A model generated the notes under the pieces. It had not been told where the DNA came from and searched no databases. It saw only the letters and a list, made by a program, of their open reading frames with translations. Below, piece after piece: positions 47,196 through 60,679 of a stretch of 64,000 nucleotides of DNA (position 1 is its first letter; each line of letters opens with the position of its first letter). Source of the DNA: Camelus ferus. Its lineage: Eukaryota. The position numbers were made by a program, and so were the translations under genes. The stretch lies in assembly GCF_009834535.1 (NCBI RefSeq), contig NC_045698.1, forward strand, positions 2,172,001-2,236,000, read 5' to 3'.

Positions 47196-50100
47196 TATTT
47201 TTTCCTGGGAGGAAATTCCTAGGTTTCATCAAATTTCCAAGGAGTTTGTGGCCCAAAGCAAAGGTTAGAGCCACTGTTTGAACAATCACACACAAGACAC
47301 TTGTCACACACCAGTAGGGCTGGAGTCTCCACCACCTACCGCATTAATCACTAAGCGCCTAAGCATCAATTGTCCAAGCAAGGTGGCGTGGGAGCTTTCC
47401 TCTCCCTCCAGCCGCACAGACGAGGAAGCACCATCTCTGCCTGATCAGGTATCATTGCCAAGGTGCAGCCTGTATCATGTTTTCTTTAGAAGCATCTGTA
47501 ATTACTAAGATTACAAAGATAAATAAACAGCACTGTACACACTGGGCTTTACTTGGCTTTGAAACCAGAAACTGGTCAACTGAAAAGCAATCCTTGCTCT
47601 GTTTCCACATAGTCATCATGTGTGCCAATTACTGCCTCTCCGTGAACCCCAGACCTTTTTTATAAAATGCATAGTGCTTCTCTTGAGCCTGCCAGAGGAG
47701 TAATTGAGGCTGGAGCGTGCTAATGTTGACAGTTCTCTGGGTAAGTCCTGTACCGTCAGAGACAATAGAATCCTAGTGTAAACCCAGTGGCCTTTCTCAC
47801 CCTCAGTCAGCCCCAGGCATCTTATCTACTCAGAGATAAAACAAACGAGATAAGAGCTGAATGCATTAAGAATTTGTTGACTAAAAGGCTAGCATCTTAT
47901 CTAAACCAGGTGACGCGCATTGAGCCCATTTAAGGGAGGGAAACTGTGTGAATGATGCAAGTGGCATCTCATTGAGCAAACGTGAAATTTCACCCCAAAT
48001 ATCATCCAGGACCAAAATCATTCGTCTTAGACTCACAAACCTAGTAGAGCCAAGAGGAAGCTCAGAGATGAACAGAATTTAGACTCATGGTTTATAACTG
48101 CATAAAGTGAGTCACGGAGAAGCTAAACAATTGTTTCAAATTCACAGGAAATGACCACGTTTTGGTGCCTTCTGGTGGACAGCCTGCCATTTGGCTCCTG
48201 CGCCTGCCCTGCTGTGAGGATGTTATCGCTGCCTTCCTTTCCGCACCTTGGCCCATCTGGGTGTGTTGTAGGCACACCACCCACATTCCACTTAATGAGG
48301 CGAGTAAGTCAGAAAAATGTCCCTATTGACGATCTGTTTTTGGTGGAGTCCTGGATCTCAGAGTCTCATTCATGACATCGATGCGCAGCATTGCTCTTGA
48401 CTCAGACAGATAATTCACTTCGAGGGAAGGAGAGAGTCAGCCCCCCTCCAAGCTGCGGGCCACGAATGCAGCCCGTGACGGAAGCCACCAGACCCCACTC
48501 GGGGAGACTAAGCCCTCGTCGGCCGTGGTGTTAAAAGGTGATAAGCAGACGAACCGTTGAGCTATTGTCGGGCTTTCAAAGTTTTAGGATGAAAGTTTAT
48601 GTGCTTAAGGTAATCAATCTGTTCTCCCGCAGCCCTCGGTGATGTCGCCCCCATCGTCAAAGGAGACCCCCGGGACCGACGGCTGGCCGCACCCATAATG
48701 AGGCACTTCATCCAGGAGCAGCTGTCGCCTCACCTGTTTCCCAGCCCATCCGAAGGCTGGAGAAATTCTCCAATTTAGCAAGCAAACTTAAGTCATTATT
48801 AGAAATGACAGGGAAACCTGATGAAATTGTACTTTCAATTGGAAAACAAAATTGCAATCAGACCAACATGATTTCCTCCTGGTCTGACCATGCTAATGCC
48901 AGCCGAGACATGAGCACATGTATTTAAAAGTCATCATGGCGCATTACCATGCGATCTCCTTTCACTGGCCCTTATTAATATAAAACTTCAATTTGCATGT
49001 AAATGTGGTCAACTTTCATATCATCAAAATACATGAGGCCTGGGAAAGTAATGAATTGAAGTTGGATGCAGCAATTACTGACGTTTATAAAGAATTTTAA
49101 AGAGGTCAGTCTAGCCTTGGCTCAGAAAATGAGGAAATCAACAGGGAATATTGTCAATATAGCAACCGGGGGAGTTGGAGTCAGTCCCAGGTGCTGGGAG
49201 CGAGATGATGATTAATAGAGAGGCTCAGAGCTGCCCCCGCCCGGGAGGGCTCGGCTGGACCCCCGGCCGGCGCGGCGCGCCATGAAAGGTTCTTGCTGGG
49301 TCCTCTCGAGCTCCTTGCAGGGCGATCCGGGGGGAATAAAGTAGCAAGTGTTTATGCGCGAGAGCAGGGCTGAAGGTTTAATTGGGCTGGCTCTCCTTTC
49401 AGCTCCCTTCAGTAGCTGATGTGCAGTTTAACCTTTCTCCCCACCTCAGACACTCCAGAGCAGCGGGGATTTTAATAAGGCCCTCGCATCAGGGCTCCGC
49501 TAAACATTGACTTAGTTGCTAAATTGAGTTAAACTGCCTTAGTGTGTTGTAACGGCAATTTAGAAGTTGCTAGATTTTTTTTTAAAAACAGAAATATTTA
49601 TCCCGGCTGCATGTTTCATAGTCTCCCAACCACGTGGAGTGATTTTTTTTTGGGGGGGGGGTGTTCTTTGCCTATTTGTACAAACGTTAACAGGCAACAT
49701 AATTTTAAACCTGCTCAGAAAAATCAATGCAAAGGTAGAAATACCACTCTCATTTTGGAGAATTTTATTGCACACCAGGCAGGGTGGGAGAAGCTCCTCT
49801 GAACGCACCAGCCGTGTGTACACGATGGAACATGACCAGTCAGAGCCTCCCCAGGTTTCAGAGAAGGAGAGAAATCACATGGCCTCTGGCAGAACAGGGG
49901 CGGCCGTGGAGAGCGGCCGGACACGCGGGCTGGGCGGGGCAGCGCGGGCTGTGCTCCGGCTTTTCTCCATCTGCTCTTTGTGGCCTCCCACTTTGCACCT
50001 CTTCCTCGTTTCACGATTTAAGGGGCATCTACAAACCTATTAAAATCCCGGCCACCTTAGAATCACATAGACCTTTATGGCATGCTCGGTTCAAGGGAAA

Positions 50101-50890
50101 GCCTGTGTCTGGCCCTCCCTGTGCTCGGTTTGGTGGTTTCCCCCTTGGGCAGACACGGTCTTTCTTACACCAGGTTCCTCACTTGGCATTTTGTTGTCTC
50201 CATGGCCATTTTAAAGAAATGTCTGGCTTTTTACTATTTCTTCCTTCCTGAGAGTGCACGTAAACACGGCCGCTCGGCTGCCTTTAGAGCTGCATAGATC
50301 CACCCCGCTGACAGGTGTATCCATCATCATTGAAACCCAGGGCCCAGGTACCATCGCCCTCAGTGTAGGAGCCGGCAAATGTAACCTGAATAGAGCACCC
50401 ACCTGCGAGGACCTAATTATCACCAGTCACCCCTTTAACTACTAGCAGTGTTTTAAATATTTAGAAGAAAGCTCTTTCCTTCCAGTTAATAAGCAGAGTT
50501 CCTTTCTCCCAAGAACTCTGGTAAATGGATAAAATCAGGGACATTTATTGAGCAGGGGAAAGACCAGCCAAGTGCTGGGAGCATCCTTCAAGCCTGGACT
50601 TTGGATGCACGTGTCTGAAAGGGCATTTCCCCAAGGCTTTAAGATCAAATGTGTGTTTCTCACACTTATTGTCTCATTTATGAACTGTATCTAAGTGCGT
50701 TGTATGTTATTTATTTTTCATTGAGATATAATTGACATATAGCAGTGTGTAAGTTTAAGGTGCACAATGTGTTGATTTCACACATATATATCTTGCAATA
50801 TGATTGCCACCGCAGTGTGAGCTAACGCCTCCACCCTGTCACGTAATTATCATTTCTTTTTTTTGTGGTGAGAGCAATTAAGAGCTAGTC

Positions 50891-51402
50891 CATCAACAGC
50901 TGACTGGATAAAGAAGTTGTGGTGTATTTATACAATGGAATAGTACTCAGCCATAAAAAAGAATAGAATCATGCCATTTGCAGCAACACAGATGGACCTG
51001 GAGATTGTCATACTAAGTGAAGTAAGCCAGAAAGAGACTCACTTACAGTATACATAAGGTATCATTTATATGTGGAATCTAAAAAAAAAAGACACAAACA
51101 AACATATTTACAAAACAGAAATGGACTCTCAGACATAGAGAACAAACTTATGGTTACCAAGGGGTAAAAGCGGTAGGAAGGGATAAATTGGGAGTTTGAA
51201 ATTTGCACCTCTTGGAGAGTGATGGAAATGTTAGCTATGTTGATTGTGGTGGTGGTTTCATGGGCATATACATCTATCAAAATTCGTCAAATTGTAAACA
51301 TGAAATATGTGTAATTTACTGTACAGGAATCATACCATGATAAATGTGTTAAAAATAACATAAAATAAAGTAAAAGCCCAACAAATTTTGAAAAAAAGGA
51401 AA
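50891..51402 (+). mobile_element. Chimeric L1 insertion (younger L1 3' segment plus old L1M-type 3' end) with TSDs
   Basis: catcaacagctgactggataaagaag...gggagtttgaaatttgca, then gtgatggaaatgttagctatgttgattgtggtggtggtttc...A-rich tail. TSD aaga(g/t)ctagtc at 50880-50890 and 51403-51413. Confidence 0.8.
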
Positions 51403-51717
51403 AAGATCTAGTCTCTTAGAAACTTTGAAGCTTCTAATGCAGATTGTTGACAACAATCACTATGTTATGCATTAGCCCTCCTGAGCTAGTTCTAAATTTG
51501 TACTTTAAGTATCATCTTCCCGCTTCCCCACCCCAGCACTTGGTAACCACGACTCTACTCTGTTTTTGTGAGTTTGGCTCTTTTAGATCCCACCTGTTAG
51601 TGACATCATACAGAATTTTTCTTTCCCTGTCTGACTTACCTCGCTTAGATAATAACTTCAAGGTCCATCTATGTTTTTGCAGATACCAAAATCCCATTCT
51701 TTTTTATGGCTGAATAG

Positions 51718-51722
<5 letters not shown>

Positions 51723-51768
<46 letters not shown>
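51723..51768. repeat. (TG)n microsatellite
   Basis: About 23 TG units inside the L1 3' region. Confidence 0.95.
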
Positions 51769-51769
<1 letters not shown>

Positions 51770-51850
51770 TAGTTCTGGTTTTAGTTTTTTTAGGGAACCT
51801 CAATACTGCTTTCCATAGTGGCTGCACAAATTTACATTCCCAACAATAGT

Positions 51851-54800
51851 GAGTTATTTATTTTTTGATATTGATCTGTATGAGCTGTTTATATATTTTG
51901 GATAGTAACCCTTGTCAGTCATATCATTTGCAAATATTTTATCCCATTCTGTATATTGTCTTTTTCATTTTGTTGATGGTTTCCTTTGCTGTGCAAAAGC
52001 TTTTAAGTTTTATTAGATCCCATTTATTTATTATTGATTTTGTTTCCTTTGCCTTAAGAGACAGATCCCCCCCCCAGAAAAAAAAAATACTACTGTAAAT
52101 TATGTCAGAGTGTTTTATGGTTTCCAGTATTACATTTAGATCTTCAATCCATTATGAGTTTACTTTTGTATACGGTGTAGGAAAATGTTCTAATTTTATT
52201 CTTTTACAGGTAGCTGTCCAGGTTTCCCAGCACCACTTACTGAAGAGACTGTCTTTTCTCCATTGTATATTCTTTCCTCCTTTGTCATAGATTAATTGAC
52301 CCATGAGTGTGTGGGTTTACTTATGGACCTTCTATCCTGTTTCATTGATCTATGTGTCTGTTTTTGTGTCAGTATCATTCTGTTTTGATTACTATAACTT
52401 TGTAGTATATAGTGTAGTCTGAAGTCAGGCATGTGATTCCTCCAGCTCTGTTCTTCTTTCTCAAGATTGTTTTGGCTATTCAGGTTCTTTTATATTTTCA
52501 TTAAAATTTTAAAGCATTTGTTCTACTTCTGTGAAAAATGCCACTGGTATTTTGATAAGGATGGAACTGAATCTGTAGATTGCCTTGGGTAGTATATTCA
52601 TTTTAACAATAGTAAATCTTTCAGTCCATGAATGTGGTATGTCTTCCCAGATGTTTGTGTCATCATCAATTTCTCTCACTAGTGTTTTATAGATTTCTGA
52701 GTTTTATAGATTTTTATCTACTTGGATAGGTTTATTCCTAGTTATTTTATTCTTCCTGATGCAATTGTAAATGGGATTATTTCCTTAATTTCTCTTTTTG
52801 ATAGTTTGGTTTTAGTATATAGAAATGCAACAGATTTCTGTATATTAATTATGTATCCTGCAATTTTTACTGAATTCATTCATGAACTCAAATAGTTTTT
52901 TGGTAGCATCTTTAGGATTTTCTACAGAGGGTATCATGTCATTTGCAAACAGTGTCAGTTTTACTTCTTCCTTTCCAATTTGAATTCCTTTTATTTATTT
53001 TTCTTGTCTGATTGCTATGACTAGAACTTTCAATACTATGTTGGATAAAAGTGGCAAGAGTAGTTATCCTTGTCTTGTTCCTGATTTTAGAGGAAATGCT
53101 TTCAGCTTCTCAACGTTGAATCTAACGTTAGCTGTGGGTTTGTCATATATGGTCTTTATTATGTTGAGGTATATTCCCTCTGTACCCACTTTTTTAAAAT
53201 CATAAATGGATGTTGAATTTTGTCAAAAGCTATTTCTGCATCTATTGAGATGATAATATGTTTTTCATTCTTCAGTTTGTTAATATGATGTATCACATTG
53301 ATTGATTCGCATATATTGAACCATCCTTGCATCCCTGGGATGAATCCCACTTGATCACGTGTATGATCCTTTTAATGTATCATTGGATTCGGCTTGCTGA
53401 TATTTTGTTAAGGATTTCTGCATCTGTGCTCATCAGTAATATTGACCTATGATTTTCTTTTTTTGTATTATCTTTGTCTGGTTTTACTATCAGGGTGATG
53501 GTGGCCTCACAGAATGAGTTCAGAAGTGTTTCTTCCTCTGCAGATTTTTGAAATAGTTTTAGGAGTATAGCCATTTACTCTTCTTTAAATATTTGGTAGA
53601 ATTCACCTGTGAAGCCATTTGGTCCTGGACTTTTGTTTGTTGGCAGGTTTTAAATCACAGATTCAATTTTGGTACTGATAATTGGTCTGTTCATATATTC
53701 TATTTTGTCTTGGTTCGTTCTTGAGAGATTTTACATTTCTAGGAATGTGTTCATTTCTTCTAGACTCTCCATTTTATTGGCACATTATTGTTTGTAATGA
53801 CCTCTTATGATCCTTTTCATTTCTGTAGTGTCAGCTGTAACTTCTCCTTTTTCATTTCTGATTTTGTTGACTTGGGTTCTCTCATTTTTCTTTTTCCTTG
53901 ATGAGTTTGTCTAAAGGTTATCAATTTTGTTTATCTTTTTAAAGAATAAGATGTTTGTTTAATTGATCTTTTCAATTGTGTTTTTAGTATCTACTTCACT
54001 TATTTCTGCACTGAACTTTATGATATCTTTCCTTCTTCTGATTTTTTTGTTGTTCTTCTTTTTTCTAATTCCTTTAGGTGTAATATTAGTTTGTTTATTT
54101 GACTTTTTCTTGTTTCCTGTGGTAAGCTACTCCCTTCTCATCAGCAGAGCTATTTGCTCCAGGGTCCCCCTCTATGTGGGCTGCATGGATTCTTCTGTTG
54201 TGGAAGGCTGACTACTGTTAGTGGGCTGGTAGGTTTGGCAGGTCCCAGGTCAGGTTGGTTGTTGGGCCCTGTCTTGTGTGGAGGCTGCTGGCCACTGCTT
54301 GGAGGGCCCAGGTCACATGGTGTCTGGCTGTAAAAACCTGGGGGACCCAGGGCTAGTGCTGGCTCACTGGTGGGTGGAGTCTGGGATCAAGAAATCCTGG
54401 GGCTGGTGTCTGCCCACTAATGGAAGAAGCCAGGTCTTAGGTCTAGTGTTGGTCCACTGGCAAGCAGAATTGGGTCCTGGGGTCCGGCTGCAGGGACCAG
54501 GGGTCCCAGAGCTGGTGTTGGCCTGCTTGTGGGGTTTAATGGGTCCTGCCACAGCAGGCTGTGGTACTGTGGTTTTCCTGGGGCTGGTGTCTGCCCACTG
54601 GTGGGTGAGGCTGGTCCTGGGGTCTCTGGCTGCAGGACCCTGGGGGTCCCAGCTCTAGTGCCTGTGCACTGGTGTGTGGGGCCAGGTCCTGGGCCCTCTG
54701 TTGGGCAGGGCTGTGTTCAGGGGCAGCTGTGGGCTCAGAGGGTCTTCAGGCAGCCTGTCTCCTGGTGGATAGGGCTTTTTCCTTGCCCAGTTAGTTGACT

Positions 54801-55470
54801 GGTCAGTACTGGTTCCTACAGGCTAGAAGATGGGCATGGCTGGGTCCTGAAGATAATAAGCTAGAGGGAGGATTCCAAAATGGTACTTGTCAGCACCAGT
54901 GTCCAGGTGGTAGGAAGAGCTCCCAGAAATAGCTGCCATCAGTGTCTGTGTCCCCAGGGTGACCACCAGTTGCCTCCTGCCTTTCCCAGAGATTCTCCAA
55001 GGTCAGCTGGTACGTCTGACCCAGGCTCCTATCAAATTCCTGCTTCTGCCCAGGGTCTTGGAGCATATAAGGTTTTGTGTGCATCCTTTAAGGGTAGAGT
55101 TTATTTCCCCCAGCTCTCTAGGACCCCCAAAAGTAAGCTCTGCTGGCCTTCAAAGCCAACATTCTATGGACTCATCCTCCTGGTGTAGGACCACCAGGCT
55201 GGGGAGCCCAACATGCTGCTCAGGCCCCTTGCTTCTTGGGGAACCTCTGCAGTGTAATTACTCTCCTGTCTGTGGGTCGCCCACCAGAGGGTGGGGGGTC
55301 TTGACTATCGCAGTTCTGCCACAATTATGGCTCCTTCTTTATATCTTTAGTTGTAGAAGATATTTTCTGGTAGATTCTGGTCTTTTTCATTGATAGTTGT
55401 TCTGTAAATAGTTATAGCTTTGGTGTGAGAGGAGGTCAGCTCAGGCTCTTTCTACTCTGCCATCCTGGGA
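51851..55470 (-). mobile_element. LINE-1 with 5' UTR and disrupted ORF2 RT, lacking ORF1 and the endonuclease region
   Basis: ORFs 53380-53574(-) LLKLFQK...[28 protein letters not shown] and 53159-53350(-) [22 protein letters not shown]...[18 protein letters not shown] are L1 ORF2 RT. The 5' end reads ccaggatggcagagtagaaagagcctgagctgacctcctctcacacc on the - strand. Confidence 0.9.
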
Positions 55471-57439
55471 ACCCTCCTGTCCTGTCTTCTTGGTAACAGT
55501 CATTCTAACAGTGAAGGCCCCTTCAGTGCCTCACTGTTCCTCAAATCTCACTGCCTCTGCTCAGATCAGCCCCACCTAAGATCTTCTAGACAGTCAGAAT
55601 TCCTCCCTCCCTTCAATGAACTTCACTTGATTTAGAAATGTAGAAAATTCAATTAAAAATAAATAACCACTTTAAAAAATGTAGAAAATGTCTGCCTTCC
55701 TCAGGCTGTGTGATATTTACGGCTTTCCTTGTCTGGTTTACTTTTCTCTTCCACATGGATAGACATGGTGTACAATTTGGGACTCACAAAACCATTGTGG
55801 CTACACAGAAGAAGTCATGGTTGATGCTTCAAGATCAATTAGAAGAGGAAAATGCAAGAAAATCTAATTATTGGGAGAATCAGATCAATTTGGGAGACCA
55901 TTGGATTTCTGTAACTCTTTGTTTTTTTTCCTCTTGTCTAAAAAATCCCTAATTGTTAATACTACTAACTCAAATAAATCACTCAATCAGTTGTCCTGTT
56001 ATGAAAATTTACAAAGACCCATTCCACTTAAAATCATTCCTTACATTTTTAAGTCATGCACAGTCACAAATTTAAACCATTGCCCATGCTTGTACCTAGC
56101 ACTTCACCTTTTATTTCTTGATGGCATCCCCAGCGCTCCAATGCCTCTATGTTTTATAAGCTGCTGTGCTTTCCACATACCGAGAAGAAGCCAGTATCCT
56201 GCAACTTTATAGCGATAGCGCAAAAGAAGAGGATGGAGCCAAGCTGTATATTTTTGATGTTTCTGTCAGGTACACAGCCCAAGATATACCCTGAAAAAGG
56301 CTGAAAGAAGTCTTTCTACTAACTGTGTACGAATCAGGCCAGCGTGTTCAGCCCCATCTTCAGAGCCCTGGCACCTGGCTCACTGTGAGCTCAAGGAGCC
56401 AATCAGGGCTGTGCCGACTCATAGGAAAAAGAAGTGTGCATTTCATTCTTGTTTTCTAACAAATGGATAAATAGCCAAAATTTATCCAAAGCCAAATCGA
56501 ACTTTGGCACAATAATCTACCCATTTGATTTTGAAGCTTAGTAGAGGAAATAAGAAATGTCACACATTGTTTTTTCAGGACTTCCATCCCTGCTGTGTTG
56601 TCTCTTAAAGATGATATTCCATTTGAAATAGGGTCGCATTCAGTTTATGTGCCCATCAGCCTAAGTTTTCCTTGTTTTGGTCTTTGAATCATTTGTTGAA
56701 TTGTCTGGTGGAACCATAGCTATGCAGAAGAACTGATCAGATATTAACACACTGTATTGTAATGCATCATATCATGATGTAGCATTATAATGAGGGGGAG
56801 ACTTTGGTGTTAAGCCCGGTAGAGCATGAAGTGGTAGCAATGGCTTAAATTACTCTTGGGTTGGCCAAGAGAAGATCCAAGACTGAAATATGGTCCCTCA
56901 CTACTTGGGCTGAGGAGTGGAAACTGGTTTGCTGTCTGAGCCAAAGTGAAAGGCACATTTTTGACGACCGCCTTCCGCTGTGCAGCTCCTACAGGTGGGC
57001 TCCCTCCTCCCAGGCGCTAGGATCCTGATCACAAGCCCAGGTTATCTGTGCCCCCAGGGACACTTTTATCTCCACAGACTCTGTCTAGGGAGACACAATC
57101 CACAGAGGGTATTGGAGAGTCACACCCTTGCAATGATCTGCTTGCCCCGCAGAATGTCCAATGTCTCTCTCAGTTTGTGGTGCTGGCAGTGGCTAGAGAG
57201 CCAAGGTGCAGAGGGGAGACGGTGACCATCCTGTGACGTCTAAAACTAAGCAGCTGGCTGACAGGAGTCAGGGGAGCGGGAGAGATTAGACAGAAGTAGA
57301 TTCACTGAAAGCCATTAAGGGGGAAACACACAGCCCGGAATCCAGAGCAAAGTGTGCGAGGGGAAGGAAAGCCATCAGTGACTTCCAGGAAATATGGGGA
57401 CTGTCATTGCCGTGGCCTGGAAAGCAGCTGCCCACCTCA

Positions 57440-58280
57440 TGGAGCAGTTTCCTACTTCTGCTGTAACAAGCGACCCCAAGCCTAGTGACTTAGAACAACA
57501 CTGCTGTATTATCTTGCAGTTCTGGAAGCCAGAAACCCACAGTGACTGTCCCTGGGAGAAAATCAAGGTGTCAGCAGGGCTGTTTTCCCTTCTGGAGGCT
57601 GCGGGGAGATTCTGCCTCCTTGCCTTGTTCCAATTTGTGAAGGTCGGTCCGAATGCTCTCCTCGGGCTGCTAAGCCAGCATCCCACAGACGGGGTGGTTG
57701 GCAAGCAGCAGACGCGTCCTGCTCACAGTCCTGGAAGCTGGGGTTGACGGTCAGGACACCAGCAGGGGTGGGAGAGCGCCCTCCTCTGGATGGCAGACCT
57801 CCTGTGTCTTCACAGGGCGGACAGGGCAGGGGAGCTGTGTGGGGTCACCTTCATAAGGGCACTAATCCCATTCACAGGGGCTCCACCCTCATGACCTAAT
57901 CACCTCCCAAAGGCCCCCACCTCCTAATACAACCACCTGTGGAAGTTTAGGATTTCAACATATAAATCTGGGTGGGTGCAAATATTCAGATCATAGCACC
58001 CATCTTTCTTGGCTCACTGCACCTTTCCATCATCAAAGTCAGCAATCTCATCACTCCCACTGCTACTTCTGCTTTCACAGCTCCTCTGAATCGGACTCTC
58101 CTGCCTCCCTCTTCACTTATAATGACCCTTATGATTATATTCAGCTCACTCAGAAACCCAGGATATCCAGATTAGTGGATAAGCAACCTTAGTTCCATCT
58201 GCAACCTTAATCCCTCTTGCTCTGATTTCCAGGGGTTAGAACGTAGACACCTTTTTGAGAGGCATTGTTCTGTCTCCAGT
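57440..58280 (-). mobile_element. MaLR LTR (MLT1D-like) split by a nested LTR
   Basis: ctgctgtaacaagcgaccccaagcctagtgacttagaacaacac...aatcaaggtgtcagcagggctg (left part); ttcttggctc...gcaaccttagttccatctgcaaccttaatcc...ggggttagaacgtagacac (right part). Confidence 0.8.
57655..57998 (-). mobile_element. Nested MaLR LTR (MLT1A-like)
   Basis: ataagggcactaatcccattcac...ccaccctcatgacctaatcacctcccaaaggccc...aaatattcagatcatagca. Confidence 0.85.
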
Positions 58281-58659
58281 CTCATCAAGTAAAGTACTGC
58301 TTCCTAGTTTGCCAGCTTCTACCACCTCAGGAGTCAAAGAGATCCTCATAAACTTCCCAGTTTACTGTTGCAGGGAAGGCTGAGTTCTTTGGGACCATTA
58401 GATGCATCTTCTAGTACATTCTACATGATCCTAGAAACTTGGTCAGTAAGGTAAAGGAAAACTTGACAGCGAGGTCTTTATACAATATTGATATCCTCAT
58501 TGCAACTTGGTCTCAAAAACATCACTTTACCCCAGGACTAGGCACTCACCTCCATGCAGGAGACAAAGCACCTGTTCAGTTGAGTCAGTTGATATCAGCA
58601 TGATGAGGGCAAGGCAGGGGAGTGGCTACAAGACTCCCGTAAGATCCAGTGGGGCCAGA

Positions 58660-58740
58660 ATCATTGCCTAATTCACCGGGGATCTCCATTGTCCAGTAGT
58701 GCTAGGCACATAGCAGGAGCTCAGTAAACACTGGTTACTG
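58660..58740 (+). mobile_element. L2 3' end
   Basis: gtagtgctaggcacatagcaggagctcagtaaacactggtt. Confidence 0.7.
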
Positions 58741-58769
58741 GTTACCTAACCAAAGGCACATCGACAGGA

Positions 58770-58915
58770 GGTGGAGCTGGGTTGGATAGTATCTCTGTGA
58801 TTACTGGGGAGCTATTGACCTCCCTGTGCTACAGTTTCTCATCTAAAAACGGGCTAATAAAAGAGTTCTTGTGTATGCAAATGAGCTCAATCACATAAAG
58901 TTCTTCATGTGACGG
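58770..58915 (+). mobile_element. MIR SINE
   Basis: ttgacctccctgtgctacagtttctcatctaaaaacgggctaataa...caaatgagctcaatcacataaag. Confidence 0.65.
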
Positions 58916-58990
58916 GACCATCCAGGACGGCTTGCTCTTACGGTTCTCCACGGGGATGTCACTCCTGAAGGGCAGGGTGGGAGGGTCTGC

Positions 58991-59452
<462 letters not shown>

Positions 59453-59453
<1 letters not shown>

Positions 59454-59487
59454 AAGTACAGTCAGTTACAATGTGTCCATTTCTGGT
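59453..59487 (-). mobile_element. Extremely 5'-truncated L1 3' stub
   Basis: caagtacagtcagttacaatgtgtccatttctggt resembles the antisense extreme 3' end of camelid L1. Candidate TSDs at 58983-58997 and 59488-59502. Confidence 0.6.
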
Positions 59488-59580
59488 GGGTTTGCTGCTT
59501 TCATCCGCTGCTGTGTCCCCAGCATCCATGCCAATGTCTAACACATTGTACACATTCCATAAACACGTGTGGAATGAGTA
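59488..59580 (+). mobile_element. L2 3' end (continuation of 58955-58997)
   Basis: ttcatccgctgctgtgtccccagc...cacattgtacacattccataaacacgtgtggaatga. Confidence 0.65.
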
Positions 59581-60679
59581 ACAGTGCAAATACTATTAAA
59601 GCACCCTCATTTGTCTATGATTAAAGAATTCCTCAAATGATGTCCTAATTCACAAAGAGCCCATTTTTTCTAGGAGAAAGCTAGTTTTATCCTCTACAAA
59701 TCTGAGGCCTCATTATTTGCTCAATAAAAACAATGCTTGCTTAATTTTGCCTTATGTTTCTGGTATCTTCTATAAAAGTGGTGGATATTATCCCTGAAAT
59801 TATGTTTTATTTACAGAGGAAAAATAAAATACTTTACAAATGCATGCTCCTATGTCTTCAATTCCTATAACATGAATTTGCATTAAAATAGTTAAGTGTG
59901 TGTTAAAATGTTAGTGTGTTTATAACACTTCCCTAATGGTTGGACTTTATCTTTAGAACCCTCATTATTTTATACACAGAAGAGTGTTAGGAACCAACTT
60001 AGTTCAGACAGCGTAGCTGGTTAATATCTGGAATAATAGTACATGGTCCTCAGATTTGTAGGAATAAAATTGAAGGAATGGCCATGAAAACCTCTTTATG
60101 ACTGTGCTGTACTCCAGCAAATTAATATTATGACCTTTTTTTTCTCAGTGCTATTTCTCTGTGTGTCTATGATATCACAAAAGTCTCTCGCTCTTTGCAT
60201 GGATCCAGTCTTCCCTAAACCAGGAAACTGTTACCAGATGACAGAAGCGTTTAAAGATAGCCCCCTAGAACGCACCTGATTAAATGAGAAGGATTAGCCT
60301 GTCTGCGGAGAACCCACAGCACAATGGCTGTCTGGGCCCACATGTGCTTTGTACGAACTGACTTATTATGCCTTGTGGGTCTTTAATGATGCTTGAGAAA
60401 CATCAGTTACTTAGTTATCAGGGTTAACTTGTTGCAAACGTGCTGGTATTTTTTAGCACCTGTATGTAAGCGAGGAGATTCCGAGCTCTCGCGCACGAGG
60501 CGTCTGCGGCCCCCCTGCAGGAGGCCGGGCGCCTTCCTTCCTGCCTTGCACTGGCAGTCGTCGTAATGGCGCACTTACTTTGCACTCGGCTTTTGAAACC
60601 ATCATTTTAGTAGAGTCATGAATTACCCACCAGTTTCTAGCTTCTGTGCAAGTAATTGAATATTTGGTTGTAGCTAAAC

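Larger units (their letters stand above)
50708..51850 (-). mobile_element. LINE-1 3' end (L1MA9-like host), interrupted at 50891-51402
   Basis: ttgagatataattgacata...gtggtgagagcaattaagagctagtc|tcttagaaactttgaag...ttccatagtggctgcacaaatttacattccc. Confidence 0.85.

Noticed and set aside
48618..48780. Acceptor-like tctgttctcccgcag followed by a possible exon
   Set aside because: All three frames reach a stop, I found no convincing donor, and there is no protein similarity.
53017..53574. Reverse transcriptase as an active or novel gene
   Set aside because: Ordinary L1 ORF2 fragments broken by stops and frameshifts.
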